A stretch of 64,000 nucleotides of DNA from Bacteroidales bacterium (GTDB taxonomy: Bacteria; Bacteroidota; Bacteroidia; Bacteroidales; VadinHA17), in contig OY764960.1 of NCBI GenBank assembly GCA_963668715.1, forward strand, positions 2,681,078 to 2,745,077. Direction: 5' to 3'. Shown piece after piece: positions 1 through 8,658 of this stretch. Below the pieces are notes generated by a model. That model was not told where the DNA came from. It worked only from the letters and a program-made list of their open reading frames with translations, and ran no database searches. Numbering within the stretch: position 1 is the stretch's first letter; the number at the start of each line of letters is the position of its first letter. The position numbers and the translations under genes are program-made.

Positions 1-2
1 TT

Positions 3-692
3 ACCGGTCTGAAATCTATAGAGATACGCGGAGGAAGCAATGAGGCTGAGTTTTTGAAAAGGGGAGAGTTTTTACGGGAGGGAAGTTCGGCATCACAGGA
101 GATTACAGGAAAGGCGGGTATTATAGCAGAAAAAGCCGAAAGAGTAATAAATAATCTTCAGATGTTCACCGATCCGGATAATCTTTCCAAATTCTCAGAT
201 GCTGCAGCAAATATTAATGCACTTGCTTCACAGCTCAACATGACAATATTGATGATCGATACCCTCATTAAGGAAAACAGGGATGAGGTAAGAGAAACCA
301 TTGTTACCGCCGGCATGGTCGTGGAAAGACTCGATTCGTCAGGCGTAATACTCAATGAGGCAATATTAAGTATTAACAATATAATACAGAGCGACACTAT
401 AAAACAGATAGTAGGGAATGCCCATGATATTTCGAGTCACCTTAAAGAGACGGATCTTAAAATGTTTATTTCAAGGCTGGCGGAGGTTACACAACAAACC
501 CATCAGTTGCTTTACAGAATAGACCGGGAGATGGATGTAAACAGCAAGGAACTTACAGAGAGTGTTCGTTCTTTGAGGATCACACTTTCAAACCTGGAGG
601 AAACATCAAATAAAATAAATTCGGACCCGTCAATACTATTAAGAGGCCTGGGAGATAAGAACATTCCTGACAGAAGACTAAAAAAACAATAA
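3..692 (+). CDS. MCE/MlaD family protein, 5'-truncated by window edge
   Basis: Frame is open from position 3 (TGLKSIEIRGG, end of an MCE domain), followed by a long helical region ending NSDPSILLRG; lies in an operon with MlaE/MlaF-like genes. Confidence 0.85.
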   Translation, partial: TGLKSIEIRGGSNEAEFLKRGEFLREGSSASQEITGKAGIIAEKAERVINNLQMFTDPDNLSKFSDAAANINALASQLNMTILMIDTLIKENRDEVRETIVTAGMVVERLDSSGVILNEAILSINNIIQSDTIKQIVGNAHDISSHLKETDLKMFISRLAEVTQQTHQLLYRIDREMDVNSKELTESVRSLRITLSNLEETSNKINSDPSILLRGLGDKNIPDRRLKKQ

Positions 693-708
693 CGACCTGA
701 TACGATAA

Positions 709-1359
709 TTGAATGACCTTAAACAAAATTTTTCGCTGATGAGATCGAATCTAATAATCATAGGCAGCATCTTTTTCCTGTTTTCTTCATGTATGTCGGA
801 GAAGACAGTTATCAGGAAATATTATACGATAGAGCTCCCTGCTCAGGATGATACTCCCGGTTATGATACATTATACCGTATTCATGGCAGCTGCGAGATA
901 AGTCAGATAAGCATAGATCCTGTGTATGAGACCAGGCAGATTGCCAACAGGAGCAGATCCAATGAAATAACGTATTATATGTATCACCAGTGGGCTGTAA
1001 GACCGGCAGAGGCTGTCAGGGATATGATTTACGAGTTCATAGCCGCTGAAGGAATATTCGGGGATATTTCTATGCGTTATACCCTGACTGTCCCTGATTA
1101 CAGGCTCGAAACAAATATCAGGGACCTTGAGGTTATAGAAACGGCAAAATCATTTTCCGCTCATCTGAATATCGTATTTAACCTGGTGGATAACAAGACG
1201 GACAGCATTATTATAACTCATAAAGCTGACAGAACGGAAGCAGTCGGGCAGAATAGTATGAATCTCTTTGCTGCAGAGATCAGCAAAATGCTATACGATG
1301 AATTAAAAGCTTTCGGACAGCTTCTTAAAGATAGAAATGAGCTTTTCAATACAGATTAA
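709..1359 (+). CDS. ABC-transport auxiliary lipoprotein (PqiC-like)
   Basis: Lipobox-like FSSC, YHQWAVRP motif typical of the family, MCE operon context. Confidence 0.8.
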   Translation: MNDLKQNFSLMRSNLIIIGSIFFLFSSCMSEKTVIRKYYTIELPAQDDTPGYDTLYRIHGSCEISQISIDPVYETRQIANRSRSNEITYYMYHQWAVRPAEAVRDMIYEFIAAEGIFGDISMRYTLTVPDYRLETNIRDLEVIETAKSFSAHLNIVFNLVDNKTDSIIITHKADRTEAVGQNSMNLFAAEISKMLYDELKAFGQLLKDRNELFNTD

Positions 1360-1388
1360 TACTACACTGAATTATAAAGGCATTTTTT

Positions 1389-2501
1389 ATGACTGGATCT
1401 GCTGATGGAAATATTTTATACAGGCTGGAAGGTAATACGTTGTATTTTACAGGCAGGCTTACAGTATCGGAATTGAATAATGTATTGCCTGTAATAGAGA
1501 AAGATATTGAAAAATGCGGGAACGAGCCGGTGATCTTCGACCTGGAAGGGCTGAGTTTCGTTGATACGGCTGGTATTACCGTATTATATTACCTGCATGA
1601 TAAGCTTGGTGAAAGAGGAATTACAGTAAGAATAGAGGGTGCTGACAAACAGGTAAGGAAGAAGCTCGAATTATTCAGGCCGGATACGGATAGTCCTGTA
1701 CAGGCAGATACAAAGACCGGATTGTTTGAATCGATAGGCTCGAAGGTATATTTATTTTTTAATGAATATGTTTCAGGCTTTTTTCAACTGGCTGCCGACA
1801 TTACATACTGGTCGGTACTCGACTTATTCATGAGGAAAACGCGAAGAAAAGGTGAATTTGCAAATCAGGCTGTCCTCATAGGTGTGAATGCAGTACTTAT
1901 TGTGGCTGCAATGTCTTTTATAATAGGTCTTGTCCTTGCTCTTCAATCGGCTGCACAGCTTCGTTCCTTCGGAGCAAACATCTATATCGCAGACCTTACT
2001 GTTATAGCTATGATGAGTGAAATGGGCCCCCTGATCACGGCTATCATGGTCGCCGGGAGGAGCGGTTCATCCATAGCTGCCGAGATCGCAACAATGAAGG
2101 TCACCAGTGAAACGGACGCCCTGCGTACAATGGGCCTCAATCCGTTACGCTTTGTTGTAGTACCGAAGATGCATGGTGCTGTCGTTACACTGCCTTTTTT
2201 AACGATAATAGCAGATGTGTTTGGAATAGCAGGCGGTATGGTAATTGCCGTCAGTTACCTGGATATATCTCCTCCGGTTTTTATTCACAGGATGCAGAAT
2301 GTATTATATATGAAAGATATAATATTCGGTATTATCAAGAGTGTCGTTTTTGCTTATCTTATTGTTATAACCGGTAGCTATTTCGGCTTCAGGGTGAAAA
2401 GAGGAGCCGAAGGTGTGGGAAAGGTAACAACGGTGGCCGTGGTCGTTTCAATATCCCTTGTAATAATTGCCGACAGTATCATGGGCCTGATATTTTATTA
2501 G
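1389..2501 (+). CDS. mlaE: MlaE family permease with N-terminal STAS domain
   Basis: DLEGLSFVDTAG (STAS), EMGPLITAIMVAGRSGSSIAAEIATMKV and GAEGVGKVTT (MlaE). Confidence 0.92.
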   Translation: MTGSADGNILYRLEGNTLYFTGRLTVSELNNVLPVIEKDIEKCGNEPVIFDLEGLSFVDTAGITVLYYLHDKLGERGITVRIEGADKQVRKKLELFRPDTDSPVQADTKTGLFESIGSKVYLFFNEYVSGFFQLAADITYWSVLDLFMRKTRRKGEFANQAVLIGVNAVLIVAAMSFIIGLVLALQSAAQLRSFGANIYIADLTVIAMMSEMGPLITAIMVAGRSGSSIAAEIATMKVTSETDALRTMGLNPLRFVVVPKMHGAVVTLPFLTIIADVFGIAGGMVIAVSYLDISPPVFIHRMQNVLYMKDIIFGIIKSVVFAYLIVITGSYFGFRVKRGAEGVGKVTTVAVVVSISLVIIADSIMGLIFY

Positions 2502-2521
2502 TAAACCGACAGACCTGACAA

Positions 2522-3268
2522 ATGAATAGAGAGAGTGTAATTGAAGTAAATAATCTTTATGCTGAAATAAACGGTAAGGTCATCTTACAGGATATCAGTT
2601 TCAGGGTCTTTAAAGGAGATATAACTGTAATATTAGGTAGCAGCGGCTCAGGCAAAACAACCCTGATGAAACAAATGCTTGGCCTTTATACAGGTGCCGC
2701 GGGAACAGTCTCGGTAATGGGACAGGATCCGTTCAGCCTCGAAGAGGAACACGAAAGAATGTTTTACTCCGGGATAGGGGTCCTGTACCAGAACGGCGCT
2801 TTACTGAATTCACTTACTATCGGTGAAAATATTGCCCTGCCTCTTGAGCAGCATACCGACCTGCCGCATGCGATCATCGAAGACATGGTCCGCCTGAAGC
2901 TCAGACTCGTCAGGCTTCAGGGCACATATAACCTGTATCCTTCCGAATTAAGCGGTGGGATGCTAAAAAGGGCGGCGCTTGCGCGTGCAATTATTATGGA
3001 TCCTCCTTTATTGTTCTGTGACGAGCCCGGTGCGGGACTGGATCCTGTAACACTGGCCTCTCTTGATGAGCTGATAGTAAATCTGAAAGAGCTTCTTGAT
3101 ATCTCTTTGGTGATAATTACACACGAAGTATCGAGTATTCTGAGAATTGCCGACAGGATTGTTTTTATCGAGAATGGCTCGAAGATTTTTGAAGGCTCTT
3201 TGACCGAAGCCCTTGGTTCCGATAATGAGGTAATTACCGGTTTCTTTAACAAAGGAAGAGGTGAATAA
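2522..3268 (+). CDS. mlaF: MlaF-type ABC ATPase
   Basis: Walker A GSSGSGKT, signature PSELSGGMLKR, Walker B LLFCDEPGAGLDP. Confidence 0.92.
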   Translation: MNRESVIEVNNLYAEINGKVILQDISFRVFKGDITVILGSSGSGKTTLMKQMLGLYTGAAGTVSVMGQDPFSLEEEHERMFYSGIGVLYQNGALLNSLTIGENIALPLEQHTDLPHAIIEDMVRLKLRLVRLQGTYNLYPSELSGGMLKRAALARAIIMDPPLLFCDEPGAGLDPVTLASLDELIVNLKELLDISLVIITHEVSSILRIADRIVFIENGSKIFEGSLTEALGSDNEVITGFFNKGRGE

Positions 3269-3270
3269 AC

Positions 3271-3490
3271 GGAGATCAGGAATGCTGGAGATCAGGAATA
3301 CTGGAGTAATGGAATGATGGAATACAGGAAGCCTGAAAACCCATTTAAACTCATTCTTAACTTTCTCAACCTTTATGAACTTTCCTCAACCCTTTTGTCG
3401 CCTGCCCTTAGCTTTCCGTTTGTCTTTCGTCTTTTGCCGTTCGCCTCCGTTATCTTTTTTATTCATTTTTCTTCATTATTAATTCATTTT
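3271..3490. repeat. Composite short tandem repeat patch (8-, 9- and 7-mers)
   Basis: GGAGATCAGGAAT(G/A)CT twice plus GGAATGAT-like octamers, then TTAAACTCATTCTTAACTTTCTCAACC, then TTTGTCT/TTCGTCT/TTTGCCG/TTCGCCT heptamers. Confidence 0.7.
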
Positions 3491-3534
3491 TCGTATATTA
3501 TACATTGATTTTGTAACTGTTACGATCTGAACCT

Positions 3535-4878
3535 ATGGCTGCCCGTGAGAAAACAAGCAAAGTGTATCCGGGACAAAGGAATCTTCTGGAAAATTTACCG
3601 GGAGTTGTATATTCCTGCAATAACGACTCATCATGGACTATGAATTTTATCAGTGATAACATTTTACTGTTATCAGGATACCCTGCCTCTGATTTTCTAG
3701 GCAATAAGGTCAGAAGCTACAGTTCGATCATTCATAAGAGTGATCGAAAACATGTATGGGACTCTATTCAGAAAGCAATAGAGAACAGGGAAAGATTCAC
3801 CGTTGAGTACAGGATAAATACCAGGAAAGGAAAAATAAAATGGGTATGGGAAAAAGGTATTGGTTCATACAAAGGGGACGATTTGATTAAACTGGAAGGA
3901 TTTATAGAAGATATTACCGACAGGAAAAAAATAGAAGATGCACTCAGGGTAAATGAAAGAAAATTCAGGTTAATAGCTGATAATTCAATAGACTGTATCT
4001 GGCAGTTAGACAGGAGTCTGCGTTTTACTTACCTGAGCCCTTCTCTTTATGACATTACAGGATACAGGCCGGAAGAATGGATAGGAACAAAGCTGATGGA
4101 GCATACCACATGGATGGAATACATGAAGATGTCAAGGATGGCCCTGAAGATGATAGTGAAATATAAAACCTTCACATGGGTAACTTTTGAATCCAGGATG
4201 TTTAATAAGAAAGGGGAATTAATACCTGTTGAGATTGTAGGCAAGCCCTTGATCATTAATGATAAACTGGCCGGATTGCAGGGATCTACAAGGGATATAC
4301 GAAACAGGACCGAAGCTGAATCCCGTTTGATACAAAGCCAGAATAAGTTTATGAATTTCATTCAGTTTATGCCTGTGGCTATATGTAATTACAACAAGGA
4401 CACCGGGGAGATACTCTACATGAACGAAAAGTTTTACGAAATTTTCGGATATGATAAGGATGATATATCAACTTGGGATGAATGGTGGCAGAAAGCATAT
4501 CCCGATCCGCAATACAGAAAGACTGTAGCCGCTAACTGGAGTAGAATACTTGATAAGTTTGAAAAATCAGGATCAGAAATAAGTCGGGACGAATACAATG
4601 TTACATGTAAGAACGGTGAAGTAAAGACTGTTTTAATAGGAGGACTTACCCTGGATAATGAGTTTATTGCTATTTTACAGAATATAACGCAACAAAAAAA
4701 AGCTGAGACGGAACTTATCGATCTGAAAAACAGCCTGCAGAAAAAAGTCAAAGAACAGACAAGCGAGCTAAAAAAACGAATTGAAGAACTGGAGCGTTTT
4801 AATGAGGCGACAATAGAAAGAGAGTTTCGGATGAGAGAACTGATCGATCAGATTGAAGAACTTAAAAAGAAGAAATGA
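3535..4878 (+). CDS. Multi-PAS sensor protein (3 PAS/PAC) with C-terminal coiled coil and no output domain
   Basis: Repeated PAS/PAC motifs (DITDRK, DIRNRT, NITQQK); ends ELERFNEATIEREFRMREL; no H-box. Confidence 0.85.
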   Translation: MAAREKTSKVYPGQRNLLENLPGVVYSCNNDSSWTMNFISDNILLLSGYPASDFLGNKVRSYSSIIHKSDRKHVWDSIQKAIENRERFTVEYRINTRKGKIKWVWEKGIGSYKGDDLIKLEGFIEDITDRKKIEDALRVNERKFRLIADNSIDCIWQLDRSLRFTYLSPSLYDITGYRPEEWIGTKLMEHTTWMEYMKMSRMALKMIVKYKTFTWVTFESRMFNKKGELIPVEIVGKPLIINDKLAGLQGSTRDIRNRTEAESRLIQSQNKFMNFIQFMPVAICNYNKDTGEILYMNEKFYEIFGYDKDDISTWDEWWQKAYPDPQYRKTVAANWSRILDKFEKSGSEISRDEYNVTCKNGEVKTVLIGGLTLDNEFIAILQNITQQKKAETELIDLKNSLQKKVKEQTSELKKRIEELERFNEATIEREFRMRELIDQIEELKKKK

Positions 4879-4882
4879 GATA

Positions 4883-5944
4883 GTGAAAAGCAGGATAGAA
4901 ATTCAGGTATATGGTGCAGATAAAAATGCAAAAGAGGAGATAACGAAAGTTATAAAGGAGCACTATCCGGATGCGGGTATATTATTTGGAAGTCACGATT
5001 TTGATAATGAAGGCGATCCGGTGGATCAGGAATCGGGTGTTATGAGGTTCGGTATTGACAATGCGGCAATCGGTGTATTCCAGATTGATGAAGAGGGTGT
5101 ACTAAGATATGTGAATAATTATGCGGCTGCCAAACTCGGATATGATATTGAAGAACTTACAGGAATGTCAATATTCGATATAGACCCTCAGTTTAATCCT
5201 GAGGTTTTCAGGAAACACAGGGAAGAAGCGAGGGCTGAGAGTGTCAAGACTTTTATTTCAAGGCACAGGAGGAAAGACGGATCAGAATTTCCCGTTGAGG
5301 TGACAACAGATTATTTCCGGTTCAGAGGCAAGCTGTATTCGTTCTCTTTTGCAAGAGATATAACGGACCGCGTAGAAGCAGAAGAAGCATTGCGTGCAAG
5401 TGAGGAAAAGTTTCGTTCTCTGGTCGAACAGGCAGCTGAGATGATCTTTCTTCATGACATGAACGGGAAAATACTTAATGTCAATAAGGCTGCAGTGGAA
5501 AGTACCGGATACAGCAGGAATGAACTGCAGAATATGACGGTTTTTGATATTGATCCCGACGCAACGGACAGGGGCGATATGATGAGATACTGGCATTCGA
5601 TAAAAACGGGTGATCCTGCCATTGTTTATGAAGGTACTCACAGGAAAAAAGACGGAACTGCATATCATGCTGAAATTGCCATATCAAAAGTTGTATTCCT
5701 CGACAAAGAGTATATCCTCGCACTGGCTAAAAATATTTCTAAGAGGAAAGAATATGAAGAGGAACTGCACCGGCTGAAAGAAAGCCTTCAGAAAGAAGTT
5801 AAGAAAAAAACAAGGGAGTTGAAGGAAAGAATAAACGAACTTGAACGGTTCAGGGATGCTACAATCAACAGGGAGCTGAGAATAAAAGAGCTTAGGGATG
5901 AAATAGGTTTATTAAAGAGACAATTGAGTGATGGACAAAAATAA
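4883..5944 (+). CDS. PAS sensor protein (2 PAS/PAC) with C-terminal coiled coil and no output domain
   Basis: HRRKDGSEFPVEV and HRKKDGTAY PAC motifs; ends ELERFRDATINRELRIKEL. GTG at 4883 is chosen over TTG at 4853. Confidence 0.8.
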   Translation: MKSRIEIQVYGADKNAKEEITKVIKEHYPDAGILFGSHDFDNEGDPVDQESGVMRFGIDNAAIGVFQIDEEGVLRYVNNYAAAKLGYDIEELTGMSIFDIDPQFNPEVFRKHREEARAESVKTFISRHRRKDGSEFPVEVTTDYFRFRGKLYSFSFARDITDRVEAEEALRASEEKFRSLVEQAAEMIFLHDMNGKILNVNKAAVESTGYSRNELQNMTVFDIDPDATDRGDMMRYWHSIKTGDPAIVYEGTHRKKDGTAYHAEIAISKVVFLDKEYILALAKNISKRKEYEEELHRLKESLQKEVKKKTRELKERINELERFRDATINRELRIKELRDEIGLLKRQLSDGQK

Positions 5945-8114
5945 GATCATCTTTCCCGTATTACTTACAGTATTATTTGCCTGTTGTACTACTGCGGCCA
6001 ATGCTGTTCATGATTCTGTTACCGTTAAGCATAAATACTGGCAGGATAGTATTACTATAGCGTCAGAACCGGATTATCCTCCTCAATGTTTTGTCGGCGA
6101 GGACGGCAAACCGGCGGGCTTTGCAATTGATATATTTATGGCGGCAGCAGAGGCTGCAGGATTAAAGGTGGACCAGAAGATTGGCATATGGGATATTATT
6201 AAGAATGATCTGGCTGAAGGAAGAATTGATGCTCTTCCTTTTGTAGGAAGAACCCCGGAAAGGGAAGATATTTTTGATTTTACAATTCCATATCTCTCAC
6301 TTCACGGAGCGGTGTTTATACGGAAAAGAACAAAGGATATTTACACACTGGATGACCTCAGGGATAAAGAAGTAGTTGTAATGAAAGGTGATAATGCAGA
6401 AGAGTTTGTCAGACGCTATAATATTTCAGACAATATTTATACCACCAATACGTACGAGGAGGCATTCAGAAATCTTGCACGCGGTGAATATGACGCGGTG
6501 ATCACCCAGCGTATTACAGGAATAGAACTCCTCGATGAACTGGGTATAAAATCGGTCAGACCGCTTGATATCCATCTTCCCCGTTTTCGTCAGGATTTTT
6601 GTTTTGCCGTGAAGGAAGGTGATACAGAACTCCTTAACCGACTGAATGAAGGACTGTCTGTAATAATTGCCAGCGATATTTACAACGAAATAAGGATAAA
6701 ATGGTTCGGGCCTGAAATAAAGGAGATAATATCAGCTAGGGATATCATAAGTATAACTTTATATGTTTTTATCCCTTTACTGATTATTTTTTCTCTTGCA
6801 ACGATCTGGTTTCTGCGAATGGAAGTAAAAAGACGGACCCGGAGGCTGGACATGGAGATTACCGGCCATAAGAATACTGCAGAATTACTCAGAAAGCGTA
6901 ATACTCTGCTAAATGAAATGGAAAAAGTATCAAAAACAGGAGGATGGGAATATGATATTGAATCGGCTACGACTACCTGGACTGAGGGAGTATACAATAT
7001 TTTTGCCCTGTCAGGTGATGACTTCGATCCGTCGGATTTCAGTAAAGATCTGTCCTTCTATGATAAAAAGTATCAGAAAACACTTGAAAACGCATTTAAA
7101 AATATCCTGGAAACAGGAGCTCCTTATGATCTTGAACTTAAACTCACTACATCCCGGGGAGAAAAGAAGTGGGTCAGAACAATGGGGATGGCAGAGGTAG
7201 AGGACGGTGAGGTTAAACGCGTATTCGGTAATATTATTGATATAACGGAGTCAAAACGGATAAATGAAGAACTGAGAAGTATAACTGACGAACTGGAGAA
7301 AAAAGTAGCAGAACGGACTGCAGAATTAAGGGAGAAAGTGGAAAAACTCGACAAGAGTCAGAAGGCAATGTTGTATATGGTTGAGGACCTTAATAATGTT
7401 ACGGCCGATCTTAAGGAAGAACGCCGTAAGCTTGAAGCCTCAAACAAAGAACTGGAGGCCTTCAGCTATTCTGTTTCTCATGATCTTCGTGCTCCTTTGA
7501 GATCAATAAACGGTTTTGCACGTTTTCTTCTGGAGGATTATTCTGCCTTACTTGACGACGAAGGTCAGCGTTTGCTGAAAATAATAATGCAGAGTGCCAG
7601 AAAAATGGATGCGCTGATAAATGATATGCTTAATCTTTCCCGCATATCAAGGGCGGAATTGAATAAAACCGATGTTAATATGAATGACATGGTCAGATCG
7701 ATGTTCTTTGAGGTCGCTACCAAAGAAGAAGAAGAAGATTTTACAGTTGTTATTGATGAAATGCCGCATTCGGAATGCGATGTATCCCTTCTGAAGCAGG
7801 TATGGCAAAACCTGATCGGCAATGCATTAAAATACAGTTCAAAATCAAACAATAAAGAGATCAGGATATGGGCTGAAACAACAGATGGCTATATCTGGTA
7901 TTTTGTGAAAGATCATGGTGCAGGCTTTGATATGAAATACAGGGATAAGCTTTTTGGCGTATTTCAGCGCTTACACAAGGAAACGGAATTTGAAGGTACG
8001 GGCGTGGGACTTGCTATTGTCCAGAGGATTATAAGCAAACATGGAGGCAGGGTTGATGCCACCGGCGAACCGGAGAAAGGTGCAACTTTCAGTTTTTCCT
8101 TACCTGTCAGGTGA
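5928..8114 (+). CDS. Sensor histidine kinase: periplasmic SBP family 3 domain, TM, PAS, HisKA, HATPase
   Basis: ASEPDYPP (SBP3), ELEAFSYSVSHDLRAPLR H-box, NLIGNALKY, DHGAGF, GTGVGLAIV. Confidence 0.92.
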   Translation: MMDKNKIIFPVLLTVLFACCTTAANAVHDSVTVKHKYWQDSITIASEPDYPPQCFVGEDGKPAGFAIDIFMAAAEAAGLKVDQKIGIWDIIKNDLAEGRIDALPFVGRTPEREDIFDFTIPYLSLHGAVFIRKRTKDIYTLDDLRDKEVVVMKGDNAEEFVRRYNISDNIYTTNTYEEAFRNLARGEYDAVITQRITGIELLDELGIKSVRPLDIHLPRFRQDFCFAVKEGDTELLNRLNEGLSVIIASDIYNEIRIKWFGPEIKEIISARDIISITLYVFIPLLIIFSLATIWFLRMEVKRRTRRLDMEITGHKNTAELLRKRNTLLNEMEKVSKTGGWEYDIESATTTWTEGVYNIFALSGDDFDPSDFSKDLSFYDKKYQKTLENAFKNILETGAPYDLELKLTTSRGEKKWVRTMGMAEVEDGEVKRVFGNIIDITESKRINEELRSITDELEKKVAERTAELREKVEKLDKSQKAMLYMVEDLNNVTADLKEERRKLEASNKELEAFSYSVSHDLRAPLRSINGFARFLLEDYSALLDDEGQRLLKIIMQSARKMDALINDMLNLSRISRAELNKTDVNMNDMVRSMFFEVATKEEEEDFTVVIDEMPHSECDVSLLKQVWQNLIGNALKYSSKSNNKEIRIWAETTDGYIWYFVKDHGAGFDMKYRDKLFGVFQRLHKETEFEGTGVGLAIVQRIISKHGGRVDATGEPEKGATFSFSLPVR

Positions 8115-8139
8115 TTAAAATATTCTTAAAAATAAAAAT

Positions 8140-8580
8140 ATGCAAAATTTGAATGAAGTTGAAATTCTCATTGTTGAGGACAATATTAATGATGCTGAAA
8201 TGGCGCTCAGAGCGCTGAAACAAAACAACCTGGCTAATAATGTTCTTGTGGTTGGTGACGGAGAGGAAGCGCTGGATTTTATTTTTGCCCGTGGTCAGTT
8301 CAGGGTAAAGGCAAAAAAAGCCAGACCTAAAATCATACTGCTTGATCTTAAACTGCCGAAGGTGGACGGCCTGGAAGTGTTGAGAGAGGTAAAAAGCAGA
8401 CCTGAGACAAAAATAATCCCTGTAATTGTACTGACATCTTCCAAAGAAGAGAAAGATATGATTGAGAGTTACATGCTGGGAGTTAACAGCTATATTGTAA
8501 AACCCGTTGATTTTGATAAATTTGTGGAGGCAATAAGAAACCTTGGCCTTTACTGGCTGCTTTTGAATCAACAACCATGA
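8140..8580 (+). CDS. Single-domain response regulator (Rcp1-like)
   Basis: [37 protein letters not shown]. Confidence 0.92.
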   Translation: MQNLNEVEILIVEDNINDAEMALRALKQNNLANNVLVVGDGEEALDFIFARGQFRVKAKKARPKIILLDLKLPKVDGLEVLREVKSRPETKIIPVIVLTSSKEEKDMIESYMLGVNSYIVKPVDFDKFVEAIRNLGLYWLLLNQQP

Positions 8581-8658
8581 CCCTTTTTAGCCTATCGGAT
8601 TTTTGAGAGACTGTAAGGAGAGTTTGTGTTTTAATTGTTTCTTAAATAAATATGGAGC

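Noticed and set aside
3314-3508. 64-aa ORF (and similar short ORFs at 53734-54114 and 58264-58464)
   Set aside because: They are translations of repeat patches with no recognisable protein features.
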